Positions 1 through 17,600 of a DNA stretch of 64,000 nucleotides are shown here, piece after piece. Location: positions 1 through 64,000 of the forward strand of contig NIVC01000382.1 in assembly GCA_002269645.1 (NCBI GenBank), given 5' to 3'. The translations under genes were made by a program, and so were the position numbers. Numbering within the stretch: the stretch's first letter is position 1; each line of letters begins with the position of its first letter. The notes beneath the pieces were generated by a model. It saw only the letters and a program-made list of their open reading frames with translations, searched no databases and was not told the DNA's origin. This stretch comes from Macrostomum lignano (Eukaryota).

Positions 1-77
1 AGTTTTGCATACACGCCAACAAATGTAATTGCTGCTACGATCACGCACTAGACTTCGACTTCCTCTTACGTATAACA

Positions 78-850
78 GTGTCGGAGGTATAAAGTATCGG
101 AGATATAGTGTGGGAAGATATGAAGTGTCGGAGATATGCAGTGTCGGAGATATGTGAAGTGTCGGAAATATGAAGTGTCGGAGATATTTGAGTGTCAGAG
201 ATATGAAGTGTCGGAGATATGAAGTGTTGGAGATAAGAAGTGACGGAGATATGAAGTGTCGAGATATGAAATGTCGGAGATGTAGTGTGGGAGATATGGA
301 GTGTCGGAGATATGGGACGTCGGAGATATGAAATGTCGGAGATGTAGTGTGGGAGATATGGAGTGTCGGAGATATGGAGTGTCGGAGATATGGAACGTCG
401 GAGATATGAAATGTCGGAGATGTAGTGTGGGAGATATGGAGTGTCGCAGATATGGAGTGTCGGAGATATGGAACGTCGGAGATATGGAGTGTCGGAGATA
501 TGAAATGTCGGAGATGTAGTGTGGGAGATATGGAGTGCCGGAGATATGGAGTGTCGGAGATATGAAATGTCGGAGATTTAGTGTGGGAGATATGGAGTGT
601 CGGAGATATGGAGTGCCGGAGATATGAAGTGTCGGAGATATGAAATGTCGGAGATGTAGTGTGGGAGATATGGAAGTGAGATATGAAATGTCGGAGATAT
701 AGTGTGGAGATATGGAGTGTCGGAGATATGAAATGTCGGAGATATGGAGTGTCGGAGATATAGTGTGGGAGATATGGAGTGCCAGAGATATGAAGTGTCG
801 GAGATATGGAGTGTCGGAGATATGAAATGTCGGAGATGTAGTGTGGGAGA
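78..850. repeat. Minisatellite, ~15-17 bp unit (GTGTCGGAGATATG[A/G]A variants)
   Basis: Continuous degenerate tandem copies; ORFs 301..932 are translations of the repeat. Confidence 0.95.
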
Positions 851-1302
851 TATAACGTTAGCAACTTCTACATTGTACATATACCGGTTTGTAGTTATTG
901 ACAACTTCCAGTTATTTGCAACATCTATCTAGCAAGTTTAAGTTACTAACATAAATGACAACTTTTAGTGCAAGTTTTCTACTGGCTCTTGATCAACACC
1001 TAGCTAGTAACTTCCGGATTCGCAACATCTACATGTACTGGTAGCTGTGAACTTCCGGGTTGCAATCCAGACAGCCAAAACAGTTCGAATAGCAACTTCG
1101 GCAAAGCATCTACCTTCTATAATGAATAAAAGCTCAAAGACAGGCATGCAGTTAGCAATTACGCGATGTCATGAAAGCCGTAGCAAAAATTGATTTGCTT
1201 CTTTGATATGAATATGAGCAACAGTTTAATCATCAAATTCTCGTTTCTAATTGGGCAAAATAAAATATATATACTACGGATTGAACTACAACAGCAGCAG
1301 GC

Positions 1303-1380
1303 AATGTCTGTTCAGGCAACCGGACCAATGGACCACAAACGGGCCAATGTTTAATTCCGAGAGGCCGTCATAAGAGCACC
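1303..1380 (-). promoter_or_regulatory. Candidate eukaryotic SECIS element in the thioredoxin reductase 3'UTR
   Basis: Minus strand: ATGA (1371-1368), 11 nt, unpaired AA (1356-1355), apical mini-stem, then TGAA (1314-1311). GGC/GCC and CGGA/TCCG can form helix II. It lies ~480 nt downstream of the Sec UGA. Folded by eye only. Confidence 0.7.
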
Positions 1381-1574
1381 ACTGCGAGTCCAAAAAAATT
1401 GAGCAGTTAAAATGAACATGATTTCTGGGTTTTTGAGAGTCACGAGCCGTGGAGAGGGGTCGAACTAATGTCTCATTCGTTACTGGAACTGAGCTGCCAG
1501 TTTTTGAAATGCGAGCATTGTACGACCAGTGGACGAGGGTGTCTTTAGTCAGTGATTCAGTGCAATGTGAAACC

Positions 1575-1735
1575 AACAGACATCAATGCCAATAGCTGAC
1601 AAACACCAGCAGACATCCAATGCCAATAGCTGACAAACACCAACATACACCAATGCCAATAGCTGACAAACTCCAACAGACACCCAATGCCAATAGCTGA
1701 CAAACACCAACAGACATCCAATGCCAATAGCTGAC
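1575..1735. repeat. Short tandem array (~38 bp, CCAATGCCAATAGCTGACAAACACCAACAGACA) in the TrxR 3'UTR
   Basis: About 4-5 imperfect copies between the stop codon and the SECIS candidate. Confidence 0.85.
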
Positions 1736-1843
1736 AATTATTAGTAATGTTTAGCTAGAACAAACCAAGACACCAAAACTCGGCCCACCTTTCAGCAGCA
1801 GCAAAAGCTATACGCGCTGAAAACCTCTCCAAACGACTCTGAG

Positions 1844-6244
<4,401 letters not shown>

Positions 6245-6424
6245 TTACTGATTAAATTGCATTAAAAAGCAGGAAATATTGTAAAATAAATTTAGCATGT
6301 GGATGCAAATAGAAACTTCTACAAAGTAACGCAGGTTATCGTACCGTAGGATCTAATCTAATACGACAGAACCACTTTCTGTTTTGTTAAATTACGGATA
6401 ATATAGGTGAGGGTAGATAAAATA

Positions 6425-6640
6425 TGAGAGGAGAGGAGAGAGGAGTGGAGAGGAGAAGGGAGGGGAGAGAAGAGAAGGAAGGGGATAGGAGAGAGGAGAT
6501 GAGAGAAGAGAAGGGAGGGGATAGGAGAGAGGAGATGAGAGAAGAGAAGGGAGGGGATAGGAGAGAGGAGATGAGAGAAGAGAAGGGAGGGGATAGGAGA
6601 GAGGAGATGAGAGAACAAGAGACAAGAGATTAGAGAGAAA
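6425..6640. repeat. Purine-rich tandem repeat (~36 bp)
   Basis: GAGGGGATAGGAGAGAGGAGATGAGAGAAGAGAAGG-like units. Confidence 0.9.
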
Positions 6641-6678
6641 AGAACCTGAGAAAACCTGAGATAAGAAACAAAACTTCA

Positions 6679-6763
6679 GCGGGCCGGATTGCCATTGTGA
6701 AGTTTCAAAAGGACCCGATGGCCAGATACAGAGGCTTTTCAGGCCGGAGTTTGCGGACCCCTG
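6679..6763 (-). mobile_element. Possible truncated hAT-type MITE end
   Basis: Minus strand begins CAGGGGTCCGCAAACTCCGGCC, similar to hAT/Charlie termini; no partner end was confirmed. Confidence 0.3.
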
Positions 6764-7312
6764 TTCTAAGGAGATGAAGGACTCTGCTTCAGAAATTCGA
6801 AACAATCATGGCCTATAAGGAATGGGATATGGGAGTCTTGTACTCCTGAAAAAGATTCTTTCTATACCCTTTTGTACGAACCTTCCTACTCCAATATGAC
6901 TCGGAAGAATTATAATCCCGATCTTGACAAAATCAATCTGAATACCACTTATAACTCCCCAGAGACAGGAAAAGCAATTAACTTCTCAAATAATATCTCA
7001 CCCAGACTAATGATAATGATCCAAACTAAAATTAGAAGGCAGGAACACTATGAGATAGCTACGCACAGGCTTACATGTAGTAATTGCAGACCTATTCTCG
7101 TAGGCTTTTCAAACACCCCCCTCCCTAACAAAGGCATTGTTTAAATAATGCAAGTTAATGCCGGAAAAATGCAAAACGCATTGATTTAATTTCAAATTTT
7201 AATTAGAAAAATACAAAAAAGAACTAACAACACAACTTTCAGTCGAACAAAACTGGTGACAGAATTTGCAACCAGATGAAAACGGAGATTTCAATTTGAA
7301 TCACGTTTTTGA

Positions 7313-10300
7313 TCATCTACCCTCTGCGTGCATTCGATAATGCTTAGACAGCGTGCTAACCTGAGAGAACTTGCTGCCGCAAAATCGAAATTTAAACGGT
7401 TTCTCACCGCTGTGAATTCGCAAGTGATTGGTGAGACTGGACGCTAGGGAAAACCGCATGCTACACTGTGAGCAACGATACGGCTTTTCGCCAGTGTGCA
7501 CGCGTCTGTGCTTAGCCAAGGTGCTGGAATGACCAAAGCTGATGCCGCACAGGTCGCATTTGAAAGGCTTATCACCTGTGTGCGTTCTCGCATGACAGCT
7601 CAGGTCGAATTCTCTAGCAAAACATTTGCCGCAACGATTGCACTTGTGCGGCCGGTCCAGCCGGTGCGCTGAGCGGACGTGCCGCTGCAGATCGCCAGCC
7701 AGTGCGTAGCGTCTCGCGCACTGAGCGCAACGGAACGGCTTTGCGCCGCTGTGCACTCGCGCGTGCGCCTTCAAGTCGCCGTTCCGAATGAAGCGGGCGC
7801 GACAGAGGCGACAGCGGAAGCTTCTATGACTGCTGCCTAATGGACTGTTGCTCTGCTGCCGGGCTTCTTGGAACGACGAGGCTGAACTATGTCGATGAAG
7901 GCTATTGTGTCGAGTTTTGGACCTTCTCGGCTCTTCATGCCCAGTCTCCTGCTGATGTCGGGTTCTGGACCTTCTCGGCTCTTCATGCTCAGTCTGATGT
8001 CGGGTTCTAGACCTTTTCGACTCTAGATTTTCAGCAAGATGGTGTCGTGTCCGAGGTCTGCTCCGGTCTATATCTTCAGCATCCTGATGTCGGGTTCTGG
8101 ATCTTAGCTTTTCATTTCCTATGTCCCATTCCCGGGTTCTGGACCTTTTTAACCTTTTATTTGCCACATCCTGGTGTCGAGTTCGGGGTCTACTCAGCTC
8201 TTCATCTCCAGCATCCTGATGTCGGTTTCTGGATCTTCTTGGCTCTTCATCTTCAGCATCCCGATCTTGGGTTCTAGATCTTCTCGGCCTTTTATCTTTA
8301 GCATCCTGATGTCGGGTTCTGGGTCTGCTTGGCACTTCATCTTCAGCATCATGGTGTCGGGTTCTGGGACTGCTTGACTCCTCATCTTCAGCATCCTGAT
8401 GTCGGGTTCTTGGCCTGCTTGGCACTTCATCTTCAGCATCCTGATGTCGGGTTCTGGGTCTGCTCAGCTCTCCATCTCTAGTATCCCGTTTCCGGGTTCT
8501 TGGTCTGCCTGACTCTTCATCTTCAGCATCCTGATGTCGGGTTCTGGGCCTGCTTGGCACTTCATCTTCAGCATCCTGGTGTCGGGTTCTGGGACTGTTT
8601 GACTCCTCATCTTCAGCATCCTGATGTCGGGTTCTGGGCCTGCTCAGCTCTTCATCTTCAGCATCCTGGTGTCGGGTTCTGGGACTGCTTGACTCCTCAT
8701 CTTCAGCATCCTGATGTCGGGTTGTGGGCCTGCTTGGCATTTCATCTTCAGCATCCTGATGTCGGGTTCTGGGTCTGCTCAGCTCTCCATCTCTAGTATC
8801 CCGATTCCGGGTTCTTGGTCTGCCTGACTCTTCATCTTCAGCATCCTGATGTCGGGTTCTGGGTCTGCTTGGCACTTCATCTTCAGCATCCTGGTGTCGG
8901 GTTCTGGGACTGCTTGACTCCTCATCTTCAGCATCCTGATGTCGGGTTCTGGGCCTGCTTGGCACTTCATCTTCAGCATCCTGGTGTCGGGTTCTGGGAC
9001 TGCTTGACTCCTCATCTTCAGCATCCTGATGTCGGGTTCTGGGCCTGCTCAGCTCTTCATCTTCAGCATCCTGGTGTCGGGTTCTGGGACTGCTTGACTC
9101 CTCATCTTCAGCATCCTGATGTCGGGTTCTGGGCCTGCTCGGCTCTTCATCTTCAGCATCCTGATGTCGGGTTCTGGGCCTGCTTGGCACTTCATCTTCA
9201 GCATCCTGATGTCGGGTTCTGGGCCTGCTCGGCTCTTCATCTTCAGCATCCTGATGTCGGGTTCTGGGTCTGCTCAGCTCTCCATCTCTAGTATCCCGAT
9301 TCCGGGTTCTTGGTCTGCCGGACTCTTCATCTTCAGCATCCTGATGTCGGGTTCTGGGTCTGCTCAGCTCTCCATCTCTAGTATCCCGTTTCCGGGTTCT
9401 TGGTCTGCCTGACTCTTCATCTTCAGCATCCTGATGTCGGGTTCTGGGTCTGCTCAGCTCTCCATCTCTAGTATCCCGTTTCCGGGTTCTTGGTCTGCCT
9501 GACTCTTCATCTTCAGCATCCTGATGTCGGGTTCTAGGCCTGCTCGGCTCTTCATCTTCAGCATCCTGATGTCGGGTTCTGGGCCTGCTCGGCTCTTCAT
9601 CTTCAGCATCCTGATGTCGGGTTCTGGGCCCCAAGCAAGATGACCTGGTTTTCTGTTGCTCTCCAGTTTCCACAAACCTCTTTCGCTCAACCGTTGTGTC
9701 TAGGGTCTGAGATCTGGTCGACCGGGATTGCGCCACCTAATGAGAGCGAGGCAGGATTTAAAGTAACAACAATAAACGCATTATTAACAATAACGTATCA
9801 AAGCTCAAGCATACACACGTTAAGTAGACAACTGGAGAAATGACGAGAAACCGAAGTAACTTACCGATTTATCTAACGAAACCATTGACGTGAAACTATC
9901 CAAGCGAGTCAGTCTAACCACGGCAATGCGTTGCCGGCAAATCTGCTCTGGCAATGTGGCCATCTCTTCTGCTTCAGTCGCCGCAGGTGCAGAAGCAGCA
10001 GCAACAGAAGCAGCAGAAGAAGCAGAAGTTTCAGTTTCACTCTCATTATCGTTACGCTCTAGAGGAATACGCAGTAATGAAGACGCAGATGCCGACAACT
10101 AAAGGTAAAATTATAGATGGCTATTTAGCTAATTATAACATACTTAGTAACTTATTTTACTACAAACAGTAAATACAATATTTACTACTCACCTCATCAG
10201 TAGGCAAATACTCCAGACGTGCGAGTCTAACTATTGGAAAAAAGCGATTCGCAATGTAATAATTGGGCTCCTGCGGTACTTCCGGTTCCGGTTGAGCAGT

Positions 10301-11187
10301 CTCTACGCCGTCAGCAGCTTGCTCATTCAAAACCTTAGTAAATTTGAGACATTAGTAAAAAAGTTGAAAATCAAATGGAATATCAACATCACAACCCTTA
10401 CCCTTGACACTACAGATGTTGCAAAATTCTGCACACTCCATGTTTTCAAAACTATTGATACTTCAATAAGGCAAGAAAATCTGAAATATTACTCGATAAA
10501 CAGCACATAATTACCTGGCTAGCATCGCAGCGAGTTAAATTAATCACTAAATCGCGAGACACGTTTGAAATTAAGTCACTTGATTGAGCCTGAGCACTTA
10601 AAGGCTGCTCTTCGCTATGCTGTTGTTGCACTCGACGGCTACTACTCGCAGCAGACTCCAGATTCAATTCGGCATCAATCTAAGTATTTTTAAATATGTA
10701 AATAGTTTCTGTAGTTATTATGTAGTTTCCATCACTTTATAATGCCTGACAATGGTCCTGCAAACAAAGCTTACAGACTCAATAATTGGCTGTGCTAGAT
10801 TGTCATCAACAATTTGGGGATCTTCTTCTGGCACAGCAGGAAGCCTAGCTGACGGACAGCCATGTAAAATCCGTAGCCTCTGAATTAGGGTTCAAAATAG
10901 AGTTCTTTAGGGTGCTGTTTAGCAACCATATATTGCTACTGTATTACTGATAAGTAGTATCAAAAACATTCTGCATAATTATTAAACTCAATTGAATGTC
11001 TTACCTTTCTGTTCCTCCTATTGTCTAAAAGGCGCTGCCTGATTTTTGCTCTCTTTGACCTTGACCTTGGGACTTTCAAATGATGCAAGTTAAAACTATG
11101 AGATTTTAAATGACACATATACTGTGCCACCTGACTCAAAGTATATGGCTTTGAGCAAAAAGGACACACTGTTCCTTCATAAGGCAT
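7313..11187 (-). CDS. C2H2 zinc-finger protein (~1080 aa) with an N-terminal atypical finger, a charged 14-aa repeat region and a C-terminal 6-finger array
   Basis: Exons 11187-11005, 10879-10775, 10679-10515, 10333-10193, 10098-9865 and 9736-7313; all GT-AG, all phase 0, each a multiple of 3. Six fingers with TGEKP/TGDKP-type linkers; the last has C->F. The start codon is tentative and further upstream exons are possible. Confidence 0.8.
8100..9630 (-). repeat. Coding minisatellite, 42-bp unit encoding RPRTRHQDAEDEE(P/S/L/V)S
   Basis: Roughly 35 in-frame copies inside ORF 7313..9736, with no stops. Confidence 0.9.
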
Positions 11188-12443
11188 GCCTATAAGATAC
11201 CAAGACTTGCTCAAAAGACTGAAATAAAAGTTTTAGAAAATCAGTAAGTTTATAAGGTGGAAATCGAAATTTAAAATAAACGATTATAAATTAAGCAATA
11301 AATGATAGACTAATAAACTGATCATATCAATAGCCATAATAAATTGAGACTTGTGAAAAAAAATTCTACCATAACTAAAAATTTTCTATATCTAAATTTA
11401 AAGCAAAATATATTTTACAAACCCTTCAGTATCTATATGCCTATTTGTAATTAATTATATTTTCATAACTTACCCTAAATTTTCATCATGCAAAATCTAA
11501 TATCAACCATTTTTATTATTCATTATAGTATAATGTGGAAGTAGAATGATAACAATATTTCAATGAAGTACTCATTAACATTGTCTAAGTTTTTAATATA
11601 TAAATTAATGACTAAGAATATACTGTATTTAGCTTAACTTATTCCCCAACATACTAATTAGCTAATGTGCATTTGTTTTAAAAATTTCCATTGCTTAAGT
11701 GCTTAATCATAGGGACTTAACCATATCTATATCCATTTTCTACATCTGTAACTTCCTATAGCTATAAAAGAACTACACTTGCAATTTTTTACAATATGCA
11801 TGCTAGACTATTGATTTACTATAGAGTGAAAAAATACTAAATGAAATAAATAAAAGTTTGATATAGAGTATAAATTTCTAATAATATCAATATTAAAGAC
11901 TTATTTTTTCACTTTTGTTAAATTAGACCCTTTACCACAATTTCTAATTAGACCTTACCAAAACAGGACAAAAAGATAACAACTTTTTGGCTTTAAGACT
12001 TTAAATTGAATTGAATTTGAATTAATTATTGAACATATTAGACATATGCATTAAATCTATACAATAAACTTTTTGGGGCTAGGTCTATAATAGGGATCAT
12101 TTAAGATATTGTAAAGATTTAGAATTTTTATTTAGGTTAGAAATAACAAGAAGGCATATCATATAACAAACATGGTCTTATATAGTTTTGTTAGGCCTAG
12201 TATTATATAATATTACTATTCTATTGAAGCAAAAATTATTTTCATATGTAAAGTAGAAAATAATATATAGTATATAATAATTTTTTTTATACAAATATAC
12301 TATGTAATGCAATATTTTATACATATAGATAAAGTGTTTATGCTTTTTCATGCTTTTCAAAATTAAATTTATTTTAATATCTTAGTTTTTCAAGATATTC
12401 TACTACCTTAGTTTGCTTTTTTAGTTCTTAAAATAAAAATTAG

Positions 12444-13328
12444 TGTAGTGAGCCGCTAGTTTATGGTTAGGCATTGCCCTAGTCAGCCGTTCCCTTGCCC
12501 TCCTTTTGTTTGCTTGTTGCCCCCTGCGTCCTTTCCGCCCTGCTGCGTTTCCGTTCTTAGCCCTCAGTCTCTCGGCTGTGGGCTGTCTCTGTTTCGCTTC
12601 CATCCTGTTTTCCTCTGTCATGTGAGCAAGTCACATGACAGCTCTTGCGTTCTCTGAGTCTTAAAGTGCAGTAAACATGTTTACTGCACTCGTTGGCCCT
12701 GTTTACCGGGTGAGTCACATGCTTTTGGACCCCTCCCTTCTCTAAGGAGAGGAGTGACTCATGTTTCTAAAAATAGCAACTGAGTCATAGCCATGTGCAC
12801 TCTGCCGGGGACCCTCAAGTGACGTCAGTTCTAAAAATAGAACAAGTCACGAGGTCTTGAGCGCGGGTGTTTCCCAGCTATTAATAGGAGCTCTCTCCCC
12901 CTTGTTTCCGTCAAGGAGTCTTCTTTCTGTTCAACCTCGAGTTCTACGTCTGCGTGTGACTAAATCCCGAGTGTCCAAGCCTTTGCACATATTGATTCTA
13001 TTCCTATTGCTCCAACTGAAACCCGACCAAGTCAACCCAAGTCTACGAGAGGCTAACTCAGCCCTCCCTCTACCATCCTAGCCCGGCAGGTACTGCTGAC
13101 GAGACGCCCTATTCGTTGCGCTCTAAATCTGCACGCTGTGCTGTGTTCGTTGACTTCATTATTTCGTTCCGATGGGAAGCTCACCTCACTGAAGGCCGAG
13201 ACCTGAAGGAACTGGTGGCAGCACTACCTACGCTACTGAGAGAGCTAAGAGAACTTCCCACTGAAGAGGCTCGAGATTTAAGGTAATCTGCAAGGGCCTA
13301 ATCCGGGAAGCAAACAGCCAGCATTTCA
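12444..13328 (+). repeat. 5' LTR (885 bp)
   Basis: Matches 21544-22538 apart from two indels and about 17 substitutions. Confidence 0.95.
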
Positions 13329-13339
13329 CTGGTGACGCA

Positions 13340-14581
13340 GTGGTGAGATCCGACTACGACACACCCAAGCCAACCGCTCTTTCGAGAACGACATTGGCCA
13401 GTAACTACTACGAGTTCAACATTTTCAACGAACGAGACGAGAGCCGGTGCAGCAGCCGGCTGGATCAGCACATCAGCAGTTTGAGGTCTGCGGCAGCGGA
13501 CGCCGCAGCAGCAGCAGCGATCAACAACTTTGGTCAGCAGCCAACACCGAGGCAAGGTGCAAGAAGCGACGTGTCTGACGACCTTCTGCAAGGCCTCGAG
13601 AACATCGGCCGGAACATCACGCACCAGGACGTGAGGACCATGATGGCAGCTCTGTAGCAGCAGATGGAGCGGCCCGTGAGTAAACAAGTTATAATTGTGA
13701 AATTTACTCCAAGTCAGGACATTCATGTCTGGCTTGCCGCGTTCGAGCAGCGTTGCGAGATGGAGCGCATTGTCGACCCATTCGAGATGAAGCAACACCT
13801 CATCGCGAGTCTTGACTTAGCTACTGCGTATCCTGCCTTGCTTGGTATGAATCTTCCGCGTTTCGCCAGCTACAAGGAGGTCAAGCAGCGTCTGATTGAG
13901 TGATTTGCCCGTCATGGTGGTGCTGATGAGTACAGAGAGCTGTTGAGGCGTCGTCAACAAGGCAAGAATGAGTCAGTAGAAGAGTTTGCTGATGCCCTGA
14001 GAACTCTTGGTTAACGTGCGTATCCTTGAATGCATCCTGAAGACCGCGAGAAGGAGATTGCTGATCAATTTCTTGCTGGTATCCGGACGACTCCAGACCT
14101 GCGTGAACGGCTGTACTGGGTCCGCCCAAATAATGTTCTTGCTGCAATTCGAGAACTACGACGACTAGAAGGCGCCAAAGAATTGGCGCAGCGAACTGCT
14201 CAACCCCCGGTTAGGATGTTGGACGGGGAGCAGGACGGCGACCCAAAGCCCAACGTCACCACCCAAGCCTTGCTGACTCTAACCGACTTGATCGAGAAGC
14301 AGCAGCGACTGTTTGATCACCTAGTGCAGCGTGACCAGCAGCAGGTAGCAAGTCTGCCGCAGAGGGCCATAGTCTGTTATGGCTATGGACAGCCAGGTCA
14401 CCGCATTACCCAGTTCCCGATGCGCCAGAACCAGGGAAACGGCCAGGCGGAGAGCGACAACGGCACCGCCCTCCGCGAGGTCCAAGCCCAGGCTACTTGG
14501 CAGACTCCGAGAGGTCACCAGGAGAAGAGGATGTCGGCTGTGCAGGCGCCAATGCCCAGTCCGACAGTCGCTTGTCAGTAA
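13340..14581 (+). pseudogene. gag: gag, disrupted by in-frame stops
   Basis: One reading frame interrupted by TAG 13655, TGA 13901, TAA and TGA before 14030, and TAA 14579. Contains RRRQQGKNESVEEFADAL (retrotransposon gag-like) and a decayed zinc knuckle CYGYGQPGHRITQFP. Confidence 0.8.
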
Positions 14582-14649
14582 GTGACGCGGAGTGCGGAGG
14601 TTTCGTGGACACCTCCCCGAATCAAAAAATCCATACGCGTGAGGCCGAT

Positions 14650-17600
14650 CCATACGTCACAGGTTGAGTTGCAAGTTGAGAAGTCCCTTTCTTGCTAGAC
14701 AGCGGCAGCCGGAAAAACTTCCTTAGTTCGTCAACCTGGGCCGCTATTAGACGCCGGATGCCTCGTTGTATTATATCGCATGCTATTCCCGATTGCGTAA
14801 CTATGTATGATGGGACGCAGCTCCCACTTGCTTGTAAGGTGACCATTCCGGTAGAGTTTGGTGATGTCGTCGCGGACGCCGAATTCCTCGTCACGGTCTC
14901 CGATTGTGAAAACTTGCTTGGCGTATCGTTTATGCGAGAGCACTGCCAGAACTTGGACTTCGCTCAAGGAATGCTGACGTTTAACAACGGCACGTGCATC
15001 CCTGTTCGTTATTCGCGTCATCAGCTTCAGGCCTGCCGAGTGTACACTACGAGAAGTGCACCTTGCCACCTAGAAGTTCAGCGCTGCTTGCCGTCAGATT
15101 GGATGACGGCCACCCTGAGAATCGAGGATCGCCATCAATTGTCAAGCTGGTTAAGTCGAGGCTGCATCCCAGCTGCAATACTCTGGAAGCAGCGCCTGCT
15201 CTGATGACGATGCCTGAAGGTCGCGGCTACATTGAGGTCGTCAACACCGCCGACAGCGAGGTGTTCCTGCAAGCCGGTGTCCGTGTTGGTGTTGCGACGC
15301 CACTCCGAAGTGCCGACCTGATGTACTTGAGCGAGACGCCCGAACCTGAAGTGCGACAGCTGTCGAAGAGTCCTGAAGAGTCGAATACAGCATGGCTAGA
15401 TGAAGTCGAGATCAACAGCGAATTGTCCAAAGAACAACATCAGCGAGTGCGAGATCTACTAGTTGAATGTCAAGCGGCCTTCTCCAAGCACCTGCTAGAC
15501 GCCGGCCTGACTCAACTGGTGACCCACGAGATCGTCCTGAAAGATCGGACACTAGTTGCGCTACCACCGCGCCGAATCCCGCCTCATCTGAAGGACAAGC
15601 TCGACGCCTTGCTAGACGAGATGCTGGCGAAGCACATCATTCGCCCTGCCTACTCGAGCTACAATTCGCCAATGCTCATTGTGCCCAAGAAGGACGGCAA
15701 CATCCGACTAGTCCACGACTTCAGAGCTCTCAACGACAGGTGTATGTATCACCCGTATCCACTGCCGCACATCCAGGAAACCTTCGCGAAGCTTCGTGGT
15801 GCTCAGTGGTATTCCAGCTTGGACCTTGCTCAAGGATTCTGGCAGATCCCGCTGCGTGACTGCGACCAGCACTTGACGGCATTCTCAGTGATCGACCGCG
15901 GCCAATTCTGTTTTAACGTCCTACCGATGGGTCTCCACGATAGTCCCGGCAGCTTTCAGCGTTGCATCAATAAGCTCCTGGACGGCCTGACGCCAAAGAC
16001 TGCGCTTGGCTACATGGATGACATCGTGGTGCACTCAGTGACTTTCGAGGAGCAGCTGGACAACTTGCGAACTGTACTCCAGCGCATCATCTCAGCCAAC
16101 CTCAAAGTGAAACCGAAGAAGTTTCATTTGTTCCTCAAGGAGCTGCATTATTTAGGTCACGTCGTGACTCCCGACGGCCTGAAGACCTGTGAGGACAAGA
16201 TTGCGCAGATCCGTGATTGGCCCGTGCCACAGTCCGTTACTCAACTGAGACAATTCCTAGGCCTCGCCAATTACTACCACAAGTTTGTCGACGGCTACGC
16301 TGGAGTGGCTGCGCCGCTGCATGCCCTGACACGAAAGGACATTGGCAGCCTGCGGCAGGATTGGACTCTCGAGCATCAGCACGCGTTCGAGACTCTGAAG
16401 AAGAAATTGTGTTCTACTGAAGTTCTCGCTCTGCCTGAGTTTAACTCTGATCCTGCTGTGAAGTTTGTCCTCGACACGGATGCCTCTGATATTCGAATAG
16501 GCGCTTGCCTTGGACAACTGCAATCCGACTGCGTCGAACGTCCAATTGCATTCTTTAGCCATAAACTTCGCGATCCTGAGAAGCGCTACACGGTCACGAA
16601 GAAAGAGCTGCTTGCAATTGTGGACGCTATGCGACATTTCCATCATTATTTAATTGGCAAGAAGTTTGAAGTTCGATCCGATCATCGGGCCTTACTGTGG
16701 TTACTGAACCAGACTCAGACCACAGGTATTTTAGGCCGCTGGATCGAACGCCTAAGCGAGTTCCGCTTCCAGCTCAACCACCGCAAAGGCAAGGACCACG
16801 CCAACGCTGATGCCCTGTCAAGAAGACCGGAGGCGCCGCCGATCTCCTTCGAGCATGGCCGACTGCTAGAGCAACCTGGTTCTACAGCCCGACCCGGTGA
16901 CGACCACGACCTGGAACCGGATTTGGACCCGACACCCAAGGCCACTGCTAGAGCAGCCATCCTGAAGACAGTCCACTCTCGCTGCTTGGAGGCCGAGACT
17001 GACCTGTACGAAGACCTGGAAGCCACCGCGCCAGCAGCCTTCCAGCACGACGCCCACCGCTGCAGTCAACGCCTGGAGACCGGCTTGGACGACAACCCAG
17101 AGGCCACTGCGACAACAGCCCTCTGCCGCGATATCCATGCCGCCCGCTGCAATTTGGAGACCAACCTGGACGAAGACCTTGAGGCCACTGTGGAAACAGA
17201 CCTTGACGACGCCCAAGACTACAGGTCTCGGACTCTGGAGACGCCCACGGACCAAGATTCAAAGGCCACCGCACCAGCAGCCCTTCTGATGACGGCCCGC
17301 AACGCAACTCCAGGCAAGCAATTTAACTACAACCCCTCCGAGCCTTTCGCTGAGATTTCTCGCCGTGTTGACAGAGGCCAGAATCTCGCGCCAGCTGCAA
17401 GGTCGAAGCTCTGTCCCCCGGGCCGACAGACAGCTGCTCATCGCCTGTGCGGAAAGTCGAGTCCCCCTTTGCGACACCGCCCAGTGCAGGAGAAGACTCA
17501 CCCAATTTTGACGACGACTGAGCCGACGGCTACGGCTGCCAGCGACGAGGCGTGCTTCACGTGTTGCATCGCGCCCTACAGCCAAGAGTCGCCTGGGCTA

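Noticed and set aside
13255-13295. Hammerhead-like CTGAAGAG-GCT-CGAGA in the LTR
   Set aside because: The conserved GAAA reads GAGA in both LTRs and stem I would be only 2 bp.
13330-13350. Assigning a primer tRNA to the PBS
   Set aside because: Only ~7 nt match a Trp-type 3' end and a Leu-type match needs an indel; cannot be decided without the host tRNA set.
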